From assembly GCA_040902285.1 (NCBI GenBank), contig JBBDXP010000007.1, positions 1,042 to 65,041 on the forward strand: DNA of 64,000 bases, read 5' to 3'. The notes under the pieces were generated by a model. The model saw only the letters and a program-made list of their open reading frames with translations, had not been told where the DNA came from and searched no databases. Origin of the DNA: Candidatus Spechtbacterales bacterium (GTDB lineage: Bacteria; Patescibacteriota; Minisyncoccia; Spechtbacterales; 2-12-FULL-38-22). Position numbers and translations under genes: made by a program. Positions 62,308 to 64,000 of the stretch are shown in pieces (the stretch's first letter is position 1; each line of letters starts with the position of its first letter).

Positions 62308-63444
62308 TTATCTAAACACTATATTTATAATCTCATAAATTCCCCCTGCTATCAAAGCGAGAGATATTGCCCATATTGCCGGCTTTGGAATATTTAAAGA
62401 AAATGACGGCTTTCTGTCGCCCGCTTTTTTCACTTTGCCGAATAAAACAGCTATCATAACTCCCAATACCGCCCCCAAAACGGCACCCGTAACAGAAATA
62501 ACCTGAATAAAACTTTGTATGCCGGCCAGTATAAGGACCATAGGCAAAGTCACTACTAAAAAATTGCTCCAAAAACGAGACAAATTTCTGTCGTACATAA
62601 AAGATTCTTTCAGATTAACGCCGATTACCAAGTACGATGTGGCAATAGCTAAAATTCCGAACAAAGCACCGGTAAACACTATCTCTTTGCCCATAAAGGG
62701 TATCAGGCCTCCTATCGCCTCCTCTGTGGAATTATTTCCGCTTATGCCAACAACAACAAACGCAAAAGCGAAAGTTAAAAAGGCGGCGGTCAAAACTCCC
62801 CAGATAACCGCTTTTTTAAATCCCCTTTTTTCTTTGCCGAATATTGCGTTCATTTCGGGTATCGCCTGAAATCCTCCCAAAGAAAAAAGTATAACGCCGT
62901 AAGGCACCAGCACGCTTGCCCAGTTCACCCCTTCAAAATTAGAACTGTCCACCAGCGGCAAGCCGCGCAAAATAATTATTCCCAAAACAGCTACCAGCAA
63001 AAACAGCATTGCAATTTCCAAACGGGATATTGTTTTTAATCCTTTGAGTATTCCGGTGCTCAAAAGTATCCAGAAAACAACCCCCCAGGCAAGTTCGTTT
63101 GAAAACAACGGACCAAAGAGTATGTTTAAAAATTGATTAGCGATAAGAATATACGCTATCAGTGCACCGTAAGCACCTACTACAACCGTCAACGCCACAA
63201 AATTTCCCGCATATTTACCCAGATACAAGCGCGCATATCCCATTTCTCTGTGCGATGCGGAAGTTCTTTCCACTATTTCGGCATACATAAGGTGCAAAGC
63301 AAGCATTATGGCCGTGAGTGAAACAAAAAGAGCAGTTCCGGCCCAAAAACCAGCTTGGGCAAAAACAAAGGGCACTCCAAATATGCCCGCTCCCACTATG
63401 GTGCCGACCAGGGCGGCAACAGCACCTACAAATCGCTTATCCAT
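62308..63444 (-). CDS. amino-acid permease (APC superfamily, aromatic/hydroxy amino-acid-permease-like)
   Basis: It has about 11 TM helices and an N-terminal GxxVGAGIFG-like motif (LVGTIVGAGIFGVPFVFAQAG). The start was set at MDKRF, which has an AAGGAG RBS and abuts the mgtC stop. The longer track ORF would overlap mgtC. Confidence 0.55.
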   Translation of the reverse strand: MDKRFVGAVAALVGTIVGAGIFGVPFVFAQAGFWAGTALFVSLTAIMLALHLMYAEIVERTSASHREMGYARLYLGKYAGNFVALTVVVGAYGALIAYILIANQFLNILFGPLFSNELAWGVVFWILLSTGILKGLKTISRLEIAMLFLLVAVLGIIILRGLPLVDSSNFEGVNWASVLVPYGVILFSLGGFQAIPEMNAIFGKEKRGFKKAVIWGVLTAAFLTFAFAFVVVGISGNNSTEEAIGGLIPFMGKEIVFTGALFGILAIATSYLVIGVNLKESFMYDRNLSRFWSNFLVVTLPMVLILAGIQSFIQVISVTGAVLGAVLGVMIAVLFGKVKKAGDRKPSFSLNIPKPAIWAISLALIAGGIYEIINIVFR

Positions 63445-63445
63445 G

Positions 63446-63907
63446 TTAGAATCTCCTTCTTTTGTGTAACAGCCATTCTTCAATATCAAATTTACCCAAA
63501 AATTCCAAAACTCCAAAAACCAGAATTGTCGTAAATATGGCCAGACCATACATTTCGACTCCAACGGCCATTCCGATTCCGGCGGAAACCCATAGCCCCG
63601 CGGCCGTAGTAAGGCCCTCAACCCTAACACCTCTAAGAATAATTACTCCGGCTCCCAAAAAACCTATTCCCACAACAACATTGGAAGCAATGCGGGAAGG
63701 GTCATATCTGGAAGCATCTACTAAAAATTGGTTAAATCCGTTTATAGAAATAGTTGTGAAAAGAGCGGCACCCACGGCAACAAGAGAATATGTCCTCAAG
63801 CCGGCCGCTTTTCCCGTATATTCTCTTTGGGCGCCCAAAATAGAACCCAGCAAAAGGGCTAATAATATCTGCCAATAAGGTTGTGGTATTAATTCAAATA
63901 TAAACAT
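63446..63907 (-). CDS. mgtC: MgtC/SapB family membrane protein
   Basis: LGSILGAQREYTGKAAGLRTYSLVAVGAALFT is the MgtC signature. Confidence 0.75.
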   Translation of the reverse strand: MFIFELIPQPYWQILLALLLGSILGAQREYTGKAAGLRTYSLVAVGAALFTTISINGFNQFLVDASRYDPSRIASNVVVGIGFLGAGVIILRGVRVEGLTTAAGLWVSAGIGMAVGVEMYGLAIFTTILVFGVLEFLGKFDIEEWLLHKRRRF

Positions 63908-64000
63908 GGGATATTATCGTCACATCTCCGCCGCTTGTTTGTTGTTTTCCGCTTCTTTTTTGCGCGTGGGCAGTTCTATTACCTTTTCCTTTTTAACAAG

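Noticed and set aside
1-64000. Searched for CRISPR arrays, rRNA genes and additional tRNAs.
   Set aside because: No regularly spaced direct repeats with unique spacers are present. There are no rRNA-like conserved stretches. Only one clean tRNA (Leu-CAA) plus the tmRNA carry the GGTTC(G/A)A(A/T)TCC T-loop signature.
63916-64000. Possible C-terminal end of another minus-strand gene running off the window end (…LVKKEKVIELPTRKKEAENNKQAAEM*).
   Set aside because: Only ~28 codons are visible. That is insufficient to call or name it.

Overview
This is an AT-rich bacterial chromosome segment of roughly 35-40% GC by eye (GC was not computed). TGA is used as a stop codon, so the standard bacterial code applies. 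Gene content and compaction look like a small-genome Patescibacteria/CPR-type organism. It has many aminoacyl-tRNA synthetases (hisS partial, leuS, metG, glyQS, ileS, argS), a Lys-type MurE next to a FemAB-family gene, PolX, YvcK and a stand-alone GlmU acetyltransferase domain. Most genes are tightly packed on the minus strand with short overlaps.

Gene order on the plus-strand block is LCP, pth, a short mfd, HAD hydrolase, dprA, topA, rel, tRNA-Leu(CAA), mscS, the GlmU-like LbH protein, smpB, tmRNA (ssrA), infC, rpmI and rplT. Gene order on the minus strand is hisS (partial), lepB, parB, parA, an MFS transporter, tsaC, yvcK, glmS, leuS, tatD, metG, rsmI, an AI-2E permease, an M16 peptidase, an RNase J-like nuclease, a secreted HExxH peptidase, a small nucleotidyltransferase, glyQS, recO, ileS, argS, a six-gene MoxR/vWA/DUF58 (Bat-like) operon, murE, femAB, ruvA, polX, an S8 protease, trxB, envelope membrane proteins, an amino-acid permease and mgtC.

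No rRNA genes and no CRISPR array were seen.

The most unusual observations are these:
1. IleS carries a roughly 220-aa histidine-phosphatase (RHG-motif) domain inserted inside its zinc knuckle.
2. A family of GC-rich palindromic CCTGCC/GGCAGG elements is inserted in frame, all in the same orientation, into leuS, murE and femAB. They add APSPPAGRxGLRQAxKxQ-like peptides.
3. Three single-gene GC-rich islands (roughly 55-60% GC by eye) each have their own GC-rich hairpin terminator, and one also has palindromic operator-like sites.
4. Two further small repeat/hairpin families and a 144-nt structured inverted repeat are present.
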